64,000 nt of DNA from Candidatus Multivoradales bacterium (GTDB taxonomy: Bacteria; Acidobacteriota; Thermoanaerobaculia; Multivoradales; JAHEKO01). Shown one piece after another: positions 29,740 through 40,264 of this stretch (position 1 is the first letter of the stretch; every line of letters starts with the position of its first letter). The position numbers and the translations under genes were made by a program. Under the pieces are notes generated by a model that saw nothing but the letters and a program-made list of their open reading frames with translations, had not been told where the DNA came from and ran no database searches. Where the stretch lies: assembly GCA_965248055.1 (NCBI GenBank), contig CBDFIJ010000004.1:3232001-3296000 (forward strand), given 5' to 3'.

Positions 29740-30162
29740 ATGGCAAAGCAAGAATTCGCAACCCCCGTTGAAAAACTTTCGGCCGCCAAGGTCAAAGCGA
29801 TCAAAGGAAAGAGACTCAATCTCACGGCATTGCTCGGCCGCTGGCACAATTGCGACAAGGATACCCGCGGATTGGTCGAGGTACGGCTTGGCCGACGAGC
29901 AGGGGTACTGGTGGTTCATCCTTTCGGCGCCTGTCACCCCACGCCTTGTGATTGGGGTCGCCGCAGAGGCCTTGCCTATTCCGAGAGCGTCAGTTCCGTC
30001 GATACCATTGCCTTTACCGCGACCTTCAAGTTCAGCTTCAAAGAGACCATCGTTACCGGTCATCTGTGCAAGGGCTGCTTGGTTGTAGAGACCTACAATC
30101 ACTTCACCGACGGAAGCGGGCGCTGCGACTATCACTCCCGTAACTGCTTCTGCCGCAAGTAG
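29740..30162 (+). CDS. Small Cys-rich beta-strand hypothetical protein
   Basis: AAGGAG RBS; GRWHN, GACHPTPCDWG, FTDGSGR motifs. Confidence 0.7.
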   Translation: MAKQEFATPVEKLSAAKVKAIKGKRLNLTALLGRWHNCDKDTRGLVEVRLGRRAGVLVVHPFGACHPTPCDWGRRRGLAYSESVSSVDTIAFTATFKFSFKETIVTGHLCKGCLVVETYNHFTDGSGRCDYHSRNCFCRK

Positions 30163-30330
30163 AAACGGTCCTTTGACCGGCAAATTGAGCCACCTCAATA
30201 GATCGCGACATGGTTTCAGGGAATGACCCGTTCTTGGGGTTATCCGGCGCGAGACGTGGAAATCACTCAATGTCTATCCGTCAATATCTGCGCGTCTTAA
30301 GAAACCTTGCTGGTGTGATTAGGAGAGTTT

Positions 30331-32208
30331 ATGACTAAGGACGCGGAAGCAATTAGGGTCAAGTTGGAGAATCAATTTGAGCGTGTCAATGGTTACTTGC
30401 TCAACGCGGTTGAGGACGCTCCTGACTTCCGTGACTTCCCCTACCAGCCCGCACTATTGAAAATGCAGGATGCGGTTGAAGCAGCTACAACCAGTCGGGT
30501 ACTCGATCAGGGCCAAGAGGGCGCTTGCACCGGATTCGGGTTGGCCACGGTGATCAACATATTGCTTGCTGGTCGCGGGAGTAATCGTCGGGTGAGTCCG
30601 CGGATGCTCTACGAAATGGCAAAAAAATATGACGAGTGGAAGGGAGAAGAGTATTCCGGTTCGAGCTGTCGAGGGGCCATCAGGGGTTGGCACAGCATGG
30701 GCGCTTGTTCGGACCAACTGGCACCCTACGTGGCGTCTCAGAAGGATTGGGCGTTGACTGTGAAACAAGCGAAGGACGCCCGCGCCACCACGATTGGAGC
30801 CTATTATCGCGTTAACAAACGCTTGTCGGACTACCATGCTGCTCTTAATGAAGCTGGGGCACTCTACGCGAGTGCTCAGGTGCATAAAGGCTGGCAACGG
30901 GGATCAGCTAAGAAAGGCAAAATTCCATATAAATCGGAATCCATTGGTGGTCACGCTTTCGCCATAGTCGGCTACAACAGTGATGGATTTTGGGTGCAGA
31001 ATTCCTGGGGTCCCAATTGGGGTGACAACGGGGTCGCGTTGTGGACCTACGAGGATTGGTTGGAAAACATCCGCGATGCTTGGGTGGTTCGCCTGGCGCT
31101 CTCGACGCCGCAGATATGGCACCTCACGCCGCCCGCCTCGACACAACAGGGGTTTGAGGAAGGATTATTCAAGCGCAGTCCGAAACGGTCGGAGATCGTT
31201 GGCCATTTCGTACACATTGACGACGGCGACTTTGACGAAGAAGGCAAGTACTGGGCTGATCTAACGACTGTTCAGCAAACAGCCGAACTGGTCGCCAGGA
31301 GTAATAAATATGACCACCTTTTGTTGTACGCGCATGGAGGCTTAAACAGCACCACGGCCTCGGCTCGCCGCATCGTCGCTATGAAGGAAGTATTCAAAGA
31401 GAATCGTATCTATCCCTTCCACTTCATGTATGACACAGGACTTCTGGAGGAGATCAAGGATCTGGTAATCGGCAAGAGGCGAGAAGTAGAGGAGCGAGCG
31501 GGCGGCTTTACCGACTTTACAGACAAGCTAATCGAGAAGGCGACTCGGCATGCGGGTCGTGCGATTTGGCGAGAGATGAAGTTCGGTGCTCAAAAACCGT
31601 TCGACAAGGATCGGGCCGGCCGAAAAACGATCGCTGCCTTTGTCGAAGCACTGGCTCAACCGCAAGCTATCGCTAAGAAACTACACATGGTCGGGTACAG
31701 TACCGGCTCAATCCTGCTTGCTCGTTTGCTTGAAGCGCTTGAAGACTTGGAAGTTCCGCCACGGGTCCACACTTGCCAACTCTTGGCCCCGGCGTGTGAC
31801 CACGACACCTTCAACGAGGTATATCGTCGATTGCTCAAACAGCGAGATAGTAAGAAGTTTGGCATTGGTCAATTGAAGATCTACAACCTCAGTGCCGATC
31901 TGGAACTCAATGACACAGTTACTCCGCTCTATCGCAAATCATTGCTTTATCTGGTTTCCAATGCGTTCGAGGAAAAACGTGGTGAAAGGATCCTTGGCAT
32001 GCAGAAATTCCGTGGCCAGTTGGGCATGGCTGACAATCTTCGGATATTCCAAGTTCATCTCAGCGATGGCACTAGCGCTTCAACCAAAACCGCGAGCAAG
32101 ACCCATGGTGGGTTCGACAACGACGTCGTCACCATGAATCACGCGCTGCGCTCGATTCTCGGGAAAGACCCAGTGCGCGAGTTCACCAACAATGATCTTA
32201 AGTACTGA
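30331..32208 (+). CDS. C1 (papain-like) peptidase fused to an alpha/beta-hydrolase domain
   Basis: QGQEGACTGF (Cys), GGHAF (His), QNSWG (Asn); C-half YAHGG, GYSTG, HGGFDND; AGGAG RBS. Confidence 0.85.
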   Translation: MTKDAEAIRVKLENQFERVNGYLLNAVEDAPDFRDFPYQPALLKMQDAVEAATTSRVLDQGQEGACTGFGLATVINILLAGRGSNRRVSPRMLYEMAKKYDEWKGEEYSGSSCRGAIRGWHSMGACSDQLAPYVASQKDWALTVKQAKDARATTIGAYYRVNKRLSDYHAALNEAGALYASAQVHKGWQRGSAKKGKIPYKSESIGGHAFAIVGYNSDGFWVQNSWGPNWGDNGVALWTYEDWLENIRDAWVVRLALSTPQIWHLTPPASTQQGFEEGLFKRSPKRSEIVGHFVHIDDGDFDEEGKYWADLTTVQQTAELVARSNKYDHLLLYAHGGLNSTTASARRIVAMKEVFKENRIYPFHFMYDTGLLEEIKDLVIGKRREVEERAGGFTDFTDKLIEKATRHAGRAIWREMKFGAQKPFDKDRAGRKTIAAFVEALAQPQAIAKKLHMVGYSTGSILLARLLEALEDLEVPPRVHTCQLLAPACDHDTFNEVYRRLLKQRDSKKFGIGQLKIYNLSADLELNDTVTPLYRKSLLYLVSNAFEEKRGERILGMQKFRGQLGMADNLRIFQVHLSDGTSASTKTASKTHGGFDNDVVTMNHALRSILGKDPVREFTNNDLKY

Positions 32209-32287
32209 AGGTGACCAATGCTCCTGCTGCCCTTGTTGACCACGCACGGCAACCACAAACCAACTGGCGAAAGATAGGGGCGCACAA

Positions 32288-33418
32288 ATGTCGAACATAG
32301 ATTTCAGCATCGTCGATTCGGTCGGTGGTCTATTGGACAAGCATAAGGACCGGCTAGGTCCGTTTCACCAGCCGCTTTCCATTCTCTTAGGGGCGGTAAT
32401 TTTCATGCTTATCTTTGCAGCTCTGATTGGCATGCCGCTGCTCCTGGATACTAGCTTTCGTAATATCGCATTGGTGCAGTTCACCCTTGTCGCTGTCTAT
32501 TTCATGCTATTGGTGACCATTAAGCAGAGCGTGTCCGACCGCTTTGTATTCTGTTTAGTGCTGTTTGTCGTGGCAGCAGCCGGCCCAGTCTTGATTACCA
32601 ACGAGAGCTTCCTCAATGTCATTCGTGAAGACAATGGGAGCGCGGCACCACTGGTCGTCAAGCTTCTCAAGGATCTTCCCAAGCAAGAGGTATTTCTATA
32701 CGCGTTCTTACGTGGGCTTGGAAACGTGCTGTGGAGTATTCCTTTGTTGTTTATGTTCTACACCTTTTATCCCTTATACGAGAAGGTGGGCAAAGATCGA
32801 ATCCGGGTGCAAGCTAGAAATGCCGCAGCGATTGCCCTATTTCTGCAGGCTGCTGCTGCGGTCATGGTGCCGTGGTTGGGTGGCGCGGCAAAGGGCTTTG
32901 CAGAGTTATCGCCTGGGTTGGGCAACCTTGGGGGCAAGATCCAGCAATACCAAACGGCGTATTTGGTTTTCTTCGGGCTGTATCTCGCCGTTGGTTTCCT
33001 GACTGTACTGGCTGCCAGGTTTGGCTTCGGCGGCGATGATCGGCGCTGGCTAGCGATCGTGGCGGCAGGATTGGTAATTTGTCAGACGTTGTATGTGATA
33101 TCGAGTTACAACGGACAGCAGGTCAACCGGCGATTTCCCGGTGCGGTGACGACGGCTAACGCCGTAGATATTTATCGTTTGGAGTCCGAGGCAAAAGTGA
33201 TTGTATTTACCAACTCTCGGCTGCGCAAGATTAGCTCAAAGACATTCAACTCATATGTCACGTATGCGGTGTGCGAAGGGTGTGATGGGGAGTTTTCCTT
33301 CAAGGTCATGGATCAAGACGTTTTTTATGAGAGGTTTATGTCTGTCGATGAGGATGCGATCTCGGATCCCGAGTTCTTCTTTTGCCCATCGGACGCGCCC
33401 AAGTGTTCCTCCATGTGA
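32288..33418 (+). CDS. Hypothetical multi-pass membrane protein
   Basis: About 7 hydrophobic segments and a soluble C-terminal tail with 4 Cys. Confidence 0.65.
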   Translation: MSNIDFSIVDSVGGLLDKHKDRLGPFHQPLSILLGAVIFMLIFAALIGMPLLLDTSFRNIALVQFTLVAVYFMLLVTIKQSVSDRFVFCLVLFVVAAAGPVLITNESFLNVIREDNGSAAPLVVKLLKDLPKQEVFLYAFLRGLGNVLWSIPLLFMFYTFYPLYEKVGKDRIRVQARNAAAIALFLQAAAAVMVPWLGGAAKGFAELSPGLGNLGGKIQQYQTAYLVFFGLYLAVGFLTVLAARFGFGGDDRRWLAIVAAGLVICQTLYVISSYNGQQVNRRFPGAVTTANAVDIYRLESEAKVIVFTNSRLRKISSKTFNSYVTYAVCEGCDGEFSFKVMDQDVFYERFMSVDEDAISDPEFFFCPSDAPKCSSM

Positions 33419-33578
33419 GTTCGGCCGAGCAAAGTGGACCCTCGGACCCGTCGAAAAACTATCGCCCAGTCGATTTCGTCTTTCTGATCATTTTCCCTCT
33501 AGGCGGTCTAATGAAGAGGCAGTGGTGTCTCCGTTTGTTTTGGTTCGCGCGGGAGGGCGGGCGCGTAGAATTGCCCAA

Positions 33579-34742
33579 ATGAGTGCTCCGTTGCATGTCT
33601 TAGCCCTTGAACCCTACTACGGGGGCAGCCATCGTGCGTTCCTAGATGGATGGAGTCAGCGTTCACAGCATCAATTCACGTTATTGACGCTGCCGCCGCA
33701 TAAATGGAAATGGCGAATGCGTCAGTCTGCGCCGTTGTTCTCGGCTGAGGTCTCTCAGCGCCACGATCAAGGAGAGAGTTGGGATGTGGTTTGGGCCAGT
33801 GACATGGTTTCGCTGGCGGAGTTTCGTGGCTTGGCGCCTCGGCCGGTGGCAAATCTGCCGACCGTGCTCTACTTCCACGAGAATCAGTTGACCTATCCGG
33901 TGCGGTTCGAGAAGGAGCGGGACTGGCATTTTGGTCTCACCAATTTGGTTTCGGCGTTGGCCGCCGACGAGATTTGGTTCAACTCAGATTTTCATCGCAA
34001 TGATTTGATCGCGGCGATTCTCGATTTTGTTTCCAAGATGCCCGACTTTGAACCGGTCTCTTGGGCATCCCAGATTGAGGTCAAATCACAGGTCCAGCCG
34101 CCCGGCGTTGAGGTGGAGACCGAGCCGCAGCAATCTTCGGGACCGTTGCGCATCGCCTGGGCCGCGCGCTGGGAACACGACAAAGGACCGGAGCTACTGT
34201 TCGCCGCGTTGGATCGTTTGATGGATGACGGTGTCGAGTTTGAAATTGCGGTGATGGGCGAGACCTTTCGCGAAAGCCCGGCGATTTTCGAGCAAGCCCG
34301 CGAACGTCTGGGCTCGCGGGTTACTGCTTGGGGTTTTCAGGCTGAGCGGGCTGACTACCAGCGAAGGCTGGCAGCCTCGGATGTCTTTGTTTCTACCGCA
34401 GAGCATGAGTTTTTTGGCATTGCCGCGGTGGAAGCGGCGCTGCTGGGGGGGCTGCCTGTATTGCCAAGCGCGCTCAGCTACCCTGAGGTGTTTGCCGACC
34501 AGGCGGCCGATCAGAAGGCATCTCGGAAGACCGGAGAAGGAGTGGTTTTTCACGACAACACCAGCCAAGGGATCGCTGAGGCACTACAGCGGCTGGCGGA
34601 CAAAAAACGCGCAGCGGGCACTCTCGTGACTGGGGCAAAGACCACCGCCGCAAAGACCCTGGCCAGGTACACCTGGCAACAGAGAGCCCCAGAGATGGAT
34701 CGCAGATTGGCCGACATGGTCTGCCCCACAAGGCGATGCTAG
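33579..34742 (+). CDS. DUF3524 + GT-B glycosyltransferase (GTDC1-like)
   Basis: LEPYYGGSH, LPPHKWKWRMR, YFHENQLTYP, FNSDFH, RWEHDKGP, STAEHEFFG. Confidence 0.85.
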   Translation: MSAPLHVLALEPYYGGSHRAFLDGWSQRSQHQFTLLTLPPHKWKWRMRQSAPLFSAEVSQRHDQGESWDVVWASDMVSLAEFRGLAPRPVANLPTVLYFHENQLTYPVRFEKERDWHFGLTNLVSALAADEIWFNSDFHRNDLIAAILDFVSKMPDFEPVSWASQIEVKSQVQPPGVEVETEPQQSSGPLRIAWAARWEHDKGPELLFAALDRLMDDGVEFEIAVMGETFRESPAIFEQARERLGSRVTAWGFQAERADYQRRLAASDVFVSTAEHEFFGIAAVEAALLGGLPVLPSALSYPEVFADQAADQKASRKTGEGVVFHDNTSQGIAEALQRLADKKRAAGTLVTGAKTTAAKTLARYTWQQRAPEMDRRLADMVCPTRRC

Positions 34743-34855
34743 AGTCCGCATCGCACCAACCCGACTCCAACGCCGGGTGGTCCACCAAGCATTACCAGCA
34801 TCAACTTTCTCAAGCGATAGTCCGGATTGACAAATTCCATATCGCAAGGATTTCT

Positions 34856-35713
34856 ATGACCACCGAAAACAGCTCTTCCGATCGATTGATCAAGATCGCC
34901 CACAGTCCAGACTCTGATGACGCGTTCATGTTCTACGCCTTGACCCAAGATGTCCTGGACACCAGTGGGTTGCGGATTGAGCACGTACTCGCGGATATCG
35001 AGTCGCTGAACCAGGCGGCTCGGGAAGGCACTTACGAGATCAGTGCTATTTCGATCCACGGATACGCATACCTTGCCGATCAATACGACCTGATGCCTTC
35101 AGGTGCCAGTTTCGGCGACGGCTATGGTCCGGTAGTGGTGACTCAGCAGGCGACGACCCGCGAGCAATTGGCAGGAAAACGCGTCGCTATTCCTGGCGAT
35201 TGGACCACCGCTCACTTGGCACTGCGCCTGTGGCAACCGGAAGTGGAGACCGTGGTGGTGCCGTTTGACCAGATCATGGATCGAGTGACCGACGGATCGG
35301 TCGACGCCGGGGTGGTGATTCACGAAGGTCAGCTGACCTATGGTGATGAAGGGCTGCAACTGGTCGAAGACTTGGGTGCATGGTGGGGGCGGGAACAGGG
35401 TGGACCGTTGCCGCTGGGAGCAAACGGAATTCGTCGCGATCTCGACCCGGACCTCAAACAACGGCTGTGTACTTTGCTGCGCCAAAGCATTGACTACGCG
35501 TTGGAGAATCGAGCGGAAGGTCTAGAGTACGCCAGCCGCTACGCTCGGGGGATCGAAGACGATCCGGTGCGTTCCGATCGATTTGTCGGCATGTACGTTA
35601 ACCATTGGACTCAGGACTATGGCCCAGAGGGCCGTCGTGCGGTGCAGTTGTTGTTGGATCGCGCCGCCGACGCTGGGTTGATTCCGCAGCGGATTGAAGC
35701 GACGTTTCTCTAG
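34856..35713 (+). CDS. mqnD: MqnA/MqnD-family protein, probably 1,4-dihydroxy-6-naphthoate synthase (futalosine pathway)
   Basis: HSPDSDDAFMFY, DIESLN, GDGYGP, IHEGQLTY, PLPLG, MYVN. Confidence 0.8.
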   Translation: MTTENSSSDRLIKIAHSPDSDDAFMFYALTQDVLDTSGLRIEHVLADIESLNQAAREGTYEISAISIHGYAYLADQYDLMPSGASFGDGYGPVVVTQQATTREQLAGKRVAIPGDWTTAHLALRLWQPEVETVVVPFDQIMDRVTDGSVDAGVVIHEGQLTYGDEGLQLVEDLGAWWGREQGGPLPLGANGIRRDLDPDLKQRLCTLLRQSIDYALENRAEGLEYASRYARGIEDDPVRSDRFVGMYVNHWTQDYGPEGRRAVQLLLDRAADAGLIPQRIEATFL

Positions 35714-35804
35714 TCGGTAGCGACAGCTTGTGTCTGGTGCCCTGTTATCGGCGCCCGCTGGGCCCATCTCAAGGGGCACAGCTTGATCGTACTGTGGCGT
35801 CGAT

Positions 35805-36200
35805 TCAGGAATGGCCGGGAAGCACAAACCGGTGTGGCAGCAATTCACTCAACGAATATTCGACGCTGTTCCCAGCTAGGTTGATCAAGCGAATTTCAAG
35901 TTCATCGGCGAACTCGGCCAGAACCTGACGACAGGCACCGCAAGGTGGCGCTGGGGGACTGACGTCGGTGATCACCACAATCCTACGCATCGACAGATGA
36001 CCTGCGCTGACCGCGGCTTGAATCGCTGATCGCTCGGCGCACACTGTGAGTGGAAAGCTGCGGTTCTCGACGTTGGCGCCAGAGAACACCTCACCGGACG
36101 CCGTCTCGACTGCCGCGCCGACTGGAAATTGACTGTAAGGACAGTGGGCGTTTTGCCGAGCTTGGGTGGCTGCCAATTCGAGTTGTTGCCAATTCGCCAT
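35805..36200 (-). CDS. cdd: Cytidine deaminase
   Basis: PYSQFPVGAA, GANVEN, CAERSA, PCGACRQ. Confidence 0.94.
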   Translation of the reverse strand: MANWQQLELAATQARQNAHCPYSQFPVGAAVETASGEVFSGANVENRSFPLTVCAERSAIQAAVSAGHLSMRRIVVITDVSPPAPPCGACRQVLAEFADELEIRLINLAGNSVEYSLSELLPHRFVLPGHS

Positions 36201-36315
36201 CAGGTATGCTCCGAAACCGCCAGCAATCTAACACGGCTGTGATATTTTGCCGGTTCACCGCGAGTGGGCAGTCGGGATTACGACTGGCTTTTGCGTGGAA
36301 TCTAAGGAGGATAAG

Positions 36316-37566
36316 TTGTCGAGTTCCGTTCCCAATCCGACCCCACCGAGCGACGGTCAAGAGATCGAGTGGTACGACCAGATTCTGAAGGTACCCGATC
36401 GCCCGATCATTCCGTTTATCGAGGGAGACGGGATTGGCCCCGATATTTGGCGCGCCACCCAAAGGGTCGTCGACGCTGCGGTGGAGAAGAGCTATGGCGG
36501 TGCCAAGTCGATCGCCTGGATGGAGATCCTCGCCGGCGCCAAGGCGAAAGAAATGACCGATGAATGGCTTCCCGCGGTAACTGTGGACGCTATCCGCCAC
36601 TACCGAGCGGCGATCAAGGGCCCATTGACCACCCCAGTTGGTGGTGGCATTCGCAGCCTTAACGTCAGCCTGCGTCAGACCCTGGATCTCTATGCCTGCG
36701 TGCGGCCGGTGCGCTATATCCCTGGGGTTCCGTCCCCGGTTCGAGAACCCAAGAAAGTGGACATGGTGATCTTTCGCGAGAACACCGAGGACGTCTACGC
36801 GGGAATCGAGTGGGAGGAGGGTTCTCGCGGCGCTGAAGAAGTGATCGAGTTCTTGCGCAACAAGCTGGGCAAACGCGTACGGGCCGACAGCGGCATCGGC
36901 ATCAAGCCGATTTCCAAAACCGGCTCACAGCGTTTGGTGCGCAAAGCGATTCAACACGCCCTTGACCAGAGCCGCGACAGCGTTACGCTGATGCACAAGG
37001 GCAACATCATGAAGTTCACAGAGGGAGCATTCAAGCAGTGGGGTTACGATTTGGCCGCTAGCGAATATGCCGACCAGACGGTGAGTGAAACAGAACTGTG
37101 GGAAAACCACGAAGGAGTACAGCCCGAAGGCAAAGTGCTGATCAAGGACCGGATCGCCGACGCCATGTTCCAGCAGATTTTGCTCCGTCCTTCGGAGTAC
37201 CAGGTGATCGCCACTACCAATCTCAATGGTGACTATCTGTCCGACGCTTTGGCCGCCCAGGTCGGTGGATTGGGTATGGCCCCGGGGAGCAATGAAGGTG
37301 ACGGTCTGGCACTGTTTGAGGCCACGCACGGCACCGCGCCGAAGTACGCCGGTCAAGACAAAGTCAATCCTGGGTCGCTGATCCTTTCCGCGGTGATGAT
37401 GTTGCGCTGGCTGGGTTGGCATGAGCCTGCGGTTTCGGTCGAGGCGGCGTTGGAGCGCACCGTAGGCGAGAAGCGCGTCACCTACGACCTTGAGCGACAG
37501 ATGAAAGGTGCCACCTTGCTCAAGACCTCGGAATTTGCCGATGCCATCATCGGCAATCTAAGCTAG
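36316..37566 (+). CDS. icd: NADP-dependent isocitrate dehydrogenase
   Basis: [52 protein letters not shown]; TTG start after AAGGAGG. Confidence 0.95.
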   Translation: MSSSVPNPTPPSDGQEIEWYDQILKVPDRPIIPFIEGDGIGPDIWRATQRVVDAAVEKSYGGAKSIAWMEILAGAKAKEMTDEWLPAVTVDAIRHYRAAIKGPLTTPVGGGIRSLNVSLRQTLDLYACVRPVRYIPGVPSPVREPKKVDMVIFRENTEDVYAGIEWEEGSRGAEEVIEFLRNKLGKRVRADSGIGIKPISKTGSQRLVRKAIQHALDQSRDSVTLMHKGNIMKFTEGAFKQWGYDLAASEYADQTVSETELWENHEGVQPEGKVLIKDRIADAMFQQILLRPSEYQVIATTNLNGDYLSDALAAQVGGLGMAPGSNEGDGLALFEATHGTAPKYAGQDKVNPGSLILSAVMMLRWLGWHEPAVSVEAALERTVGEKRVTYDLERQMKGATLLKTSEFADAIIGNLS

Positions 37567-37683
37567 CGCGACGTAGCCGATACTACGTCTCGATTTTGAT
37601 CAGCGTCTCGATTTCGAGCGGGGAGGAAACTCCACCAACTTCTGACCGTATATCCGGTAGTTGCTCGGGCAACGGAGGAATCA

Positions 37684-40104
37684 ATGAAAAAGTTACATTG
37701 GGCTACTTGGCTGGCCGTGGGGATCGTCGGTCTGGTGGCGTTGGTTGGCTTGTATCCCAGGCTGTTTCCGCTGGCTCCCACCGATTGGACCATCTCTCGA
37801 CCCGAAGCGATCAATATCGCCCTGGAGCGGTTCTATGACCTGGGAGAGCCGGTCGAGGATCCCTATGTTGTGGTTCAACTCGCCGGTTCCAGCGCTTTCG
37901 AGTGGTATGCGCTAGAGACCGCCACCCCGGAACATCTGGCCGAGTGGCGCCGGAGTCGTCCGGCTCAGGACGTGACCTTTTGGCGCGTCCGCGTCTACGC
38001 CCCGCAATCCAAGCCCGGAGAGTGGACCTATCAAGCGGCGATTGGTCTCGATGGGCGAGTCTTGGAACTTGCTCACCAATTGGATGAAGACAATGAGGCC
38101 GATGAGGACGGCTCGATCGATCTGGCGACCGCAGAAGCACTGGGCGAAGAGTTCTTACTACGCCAAGGCTTTGATTTGACCAAGCTTGGAGTACCGATCG
38201 AACGGTTGCAGACCGTTGTTAACCGGTTAGAAAGAACCCTGCGCTACGAGTCGCTTGAGTCCACCAACGGGGAAGCGTCTCCGTATGGAGTGGAAGTCAC
38301 CCTGGCGGACGAACGTGTCCTCGGAGTTCGAACTTGGTTTGATAACCCTCTGCAAGACGAATTTGCCGCAAGGGTGCAACCCGCGGTACTTCTGGGCAAC
38401 GCGAAGTTCTTGTTTACCATCTTGTCTTTGGTGCTGGTCGCGCCGCTGTTCATTCGTCGCTACCACCTGGGTGAGATTGGTGTCGGCCGCGGGCTGCGAA
38501 TTATGCTGGTTCTGGGAGGGATGCTGTTCACCCTGGCCCTGATGACGCTGGGTGCCTCCTCTGAAGGAACAAGCTTCGGCAACGTCCTCAGCCGGCGGTG
38601 GACAACGTGGCTGGTCGCCTTGCAGTTCATGATCATTTTCTACCTACCCATCGCAGTGGCGACATTTCTAAGTTGGGGAGTCGGCGAATCGATTTGCCGT
38701 GAGCGTTGGGGTCACAAACTGGCGGCGTTCGATTCGATGATGAAAGGGATGTGGGCCAATCGGACGGTGGCATCATCTATGTTTCGTGGAACCATGGCCG
38801 GACTGGGTCTGATTGGGCTGCTCTTCTTGGGTCAGCTCGGCGTGGTTGCGGTCGGGGGCAAAACACTTTTCAATTTCAATATGGGTCCGTTTTATGAAGG
38901 ATCCTTCTTTCCTGGGATCGCGATAGTTCTGCTGATTGTTGGATTTGCATTACAAATGGAACTGTATGGCCGACTATTGGCGGTAGCCATTCTGAGTAGA
39001 CCTCTGGGCAAAGTGTTTGGTGCTGTGGCTGCGGCTCTATTCGCCACGGTCTTTTTCTTTTCCAGCGGCGTCGGAGTGGTGCCGTTGCTGCCGTCGCTTG
39101 CACTCGCGTTTGTTATTCAGTTGGCGTTGGTGTGCCTGTTTCTACGCTTCGATTTGCTCACCAGCCTCCTGGCCTCGGTGGTGAGCGGTCTGGTGTTGTC
39201 GGCTTACCCATGGCTGCTTGCCGAAGATGTCTGGGTCCAGGTGCAGGGCGTGATCCCTGCACTCCTGGCCTTTGTACCGATGCTCGCGACCGTACGTTAC
39301 TTGGGAAGTGAGCGCCGGTTTGAGTATCGCTACGACGACATTCCACCGCATGTTCGGCGCATTGCCGATCGTGAGCGCCAACGGGTGGAACTCGACACAG
39401 CGCGCAATATTCAGGCCTCGATTCTTCCCCAGCTTCCTCCCCGCTTAAACGGCGTGGATCTCTCGCACGCTTACATACCAGCAACCGAGGTCGGTGGCGA
39501 CTTCTACGACGTTTTGGCGCTTGAGGATGGTCGTTTGGCGATGGCGGTGGGCGACGTCGCCGGGCACGGGGTTTCCTCCGGTTTGGTGATGTCGATGGCC
39601 AAGTCCGCGCTGGCGGTGCAGGTCACCTTTGACCCTCGAGTGCGCTCGGTCTTCGGCACCCTCAATCGCATGGTTTATCAAAGCGCTCGCAAACGTATGT
39701 TGACCACCTTGGTCTACGCGGTGATGGATCCCCAGACCGGGGAAACCGAGTACGCATCCGCCGGCCATCTATTTCCCTACCGCATCAAAGGCAACGGCGA
39801 CGTGATTGCACTTGAGTCAGTGGCTTATCCACTCGGAGTGAGAGAGGTGATTGATGTCACCGTTCGCTCCGAAAAGCTCGATCCCGGCGACATCCTGTTT
39901 CTTTACAGCGACGGAGTGGTTGAAGGCCGAGCCGAAGGCAGCGATGATCTATTTGGCTTTGAGCGTTTACAGGAGAGCCTCAAGAGGCACGCTGGCGGCG
40001 GCGTTGACGCCTTGCGCAATGGCGTTTTGGAGGACTTGCGTGAGTTCACCAAGAACGGTCCTCAGGAAGATGACGTCACCATCTTGGTGGCTAAAGTCGC
40101 CTAG
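37684..40104 (+). CDS. Membrane-bound PP2C/SpoIIE-family phosphatase
   Basis: Multi-pass N-terminal half; VGGDFYD, GDVAGHG, YSDGV, EDDVT. Confidence 0.88.
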   Translation: MKKLHWATWLAVGIVGLVALVGLYPRLFPLAPTDWTISRPEAINIALERFYDLGEPVEDPYVVVQLAGSSAFEWYALETATPEHLAEWRRSRPAQDVTFWRVRVYAPQSKPGEWTYQAAIGLDGRVLELAHQLDEDNEADEDGSIDLATAEALGEEFLLRQGFDLTKLGVPIERLQTVVNRLERTLRYESLESTNGEASPYGVEVTLADERVLGVRTWFDNPLQDEFAARVQPAVLLGNAKFLFTILSLVLVAPLFIRRYHLGEIGVGRGLRIMLVLGGMLFTLALMTLGASSEGTSFGNVLSRRWTTWLVALQFMIIFYLPIAVATFLSWGVGESICRERWGHKLAAFDSMMKGMWANRTVASSMFRGTMAGLGLIGLLFLGQLGVVAVGGKTLFNFNMGPFYEGSFFPGIAIVLLIVGFALQMELYGRLLAVAILSRPLGKVFGAVAAALFATVFFFSSGVGVVPLLPSLALAFVIQLALVCLFLRFDLLTSLLASVVSGLVLSAYPWLLAEDVWVQVQGVIPALLAFVPMLATVRYLGSERRFEYRYDDIPPHVRRIADRERQRVELDTARNIQASILPQLPPRLNGVDLSHAYIPATEVGGDFYDVLALEDGRLAMAVGDVAGHGVSSGLVMSMAKSALAVQVTFDPRVRSVFGTLNRMVYQSARKRMLTTLVYAVMDPQTGETEYASAGHLFPYRIKGNGDVIALESVAYPLGVREVIDVTVRSEKLDPGDILFLYSDGVVEGRAEGSDDLFGFERLQESLKRHAGGGVDALRNGVLEDLREFTKNGPQEDDVTILVAKVA

Positions 40105-40264
40105 CCAGAGCTACGCTATCCCGGGTGAGCTAGCGAGCGAAAGGAGACGAGAGATCTGAGAGGTGACGACTGGTAGGGGAGGGGCTTCCGCCTTTCGCTG
40201 CCTCCGTCCTCTCGGGTGACGTGGCCCTCTCTGGCTGCTACAGTCGATCTGAAAAGGATAAGCC

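Noticed and set aside
33201-33578. Long N-terminus of the DUF3524 protein
   Set aside because: Overlaps the upstream gene; family motifs begin after the ATG at 33579.
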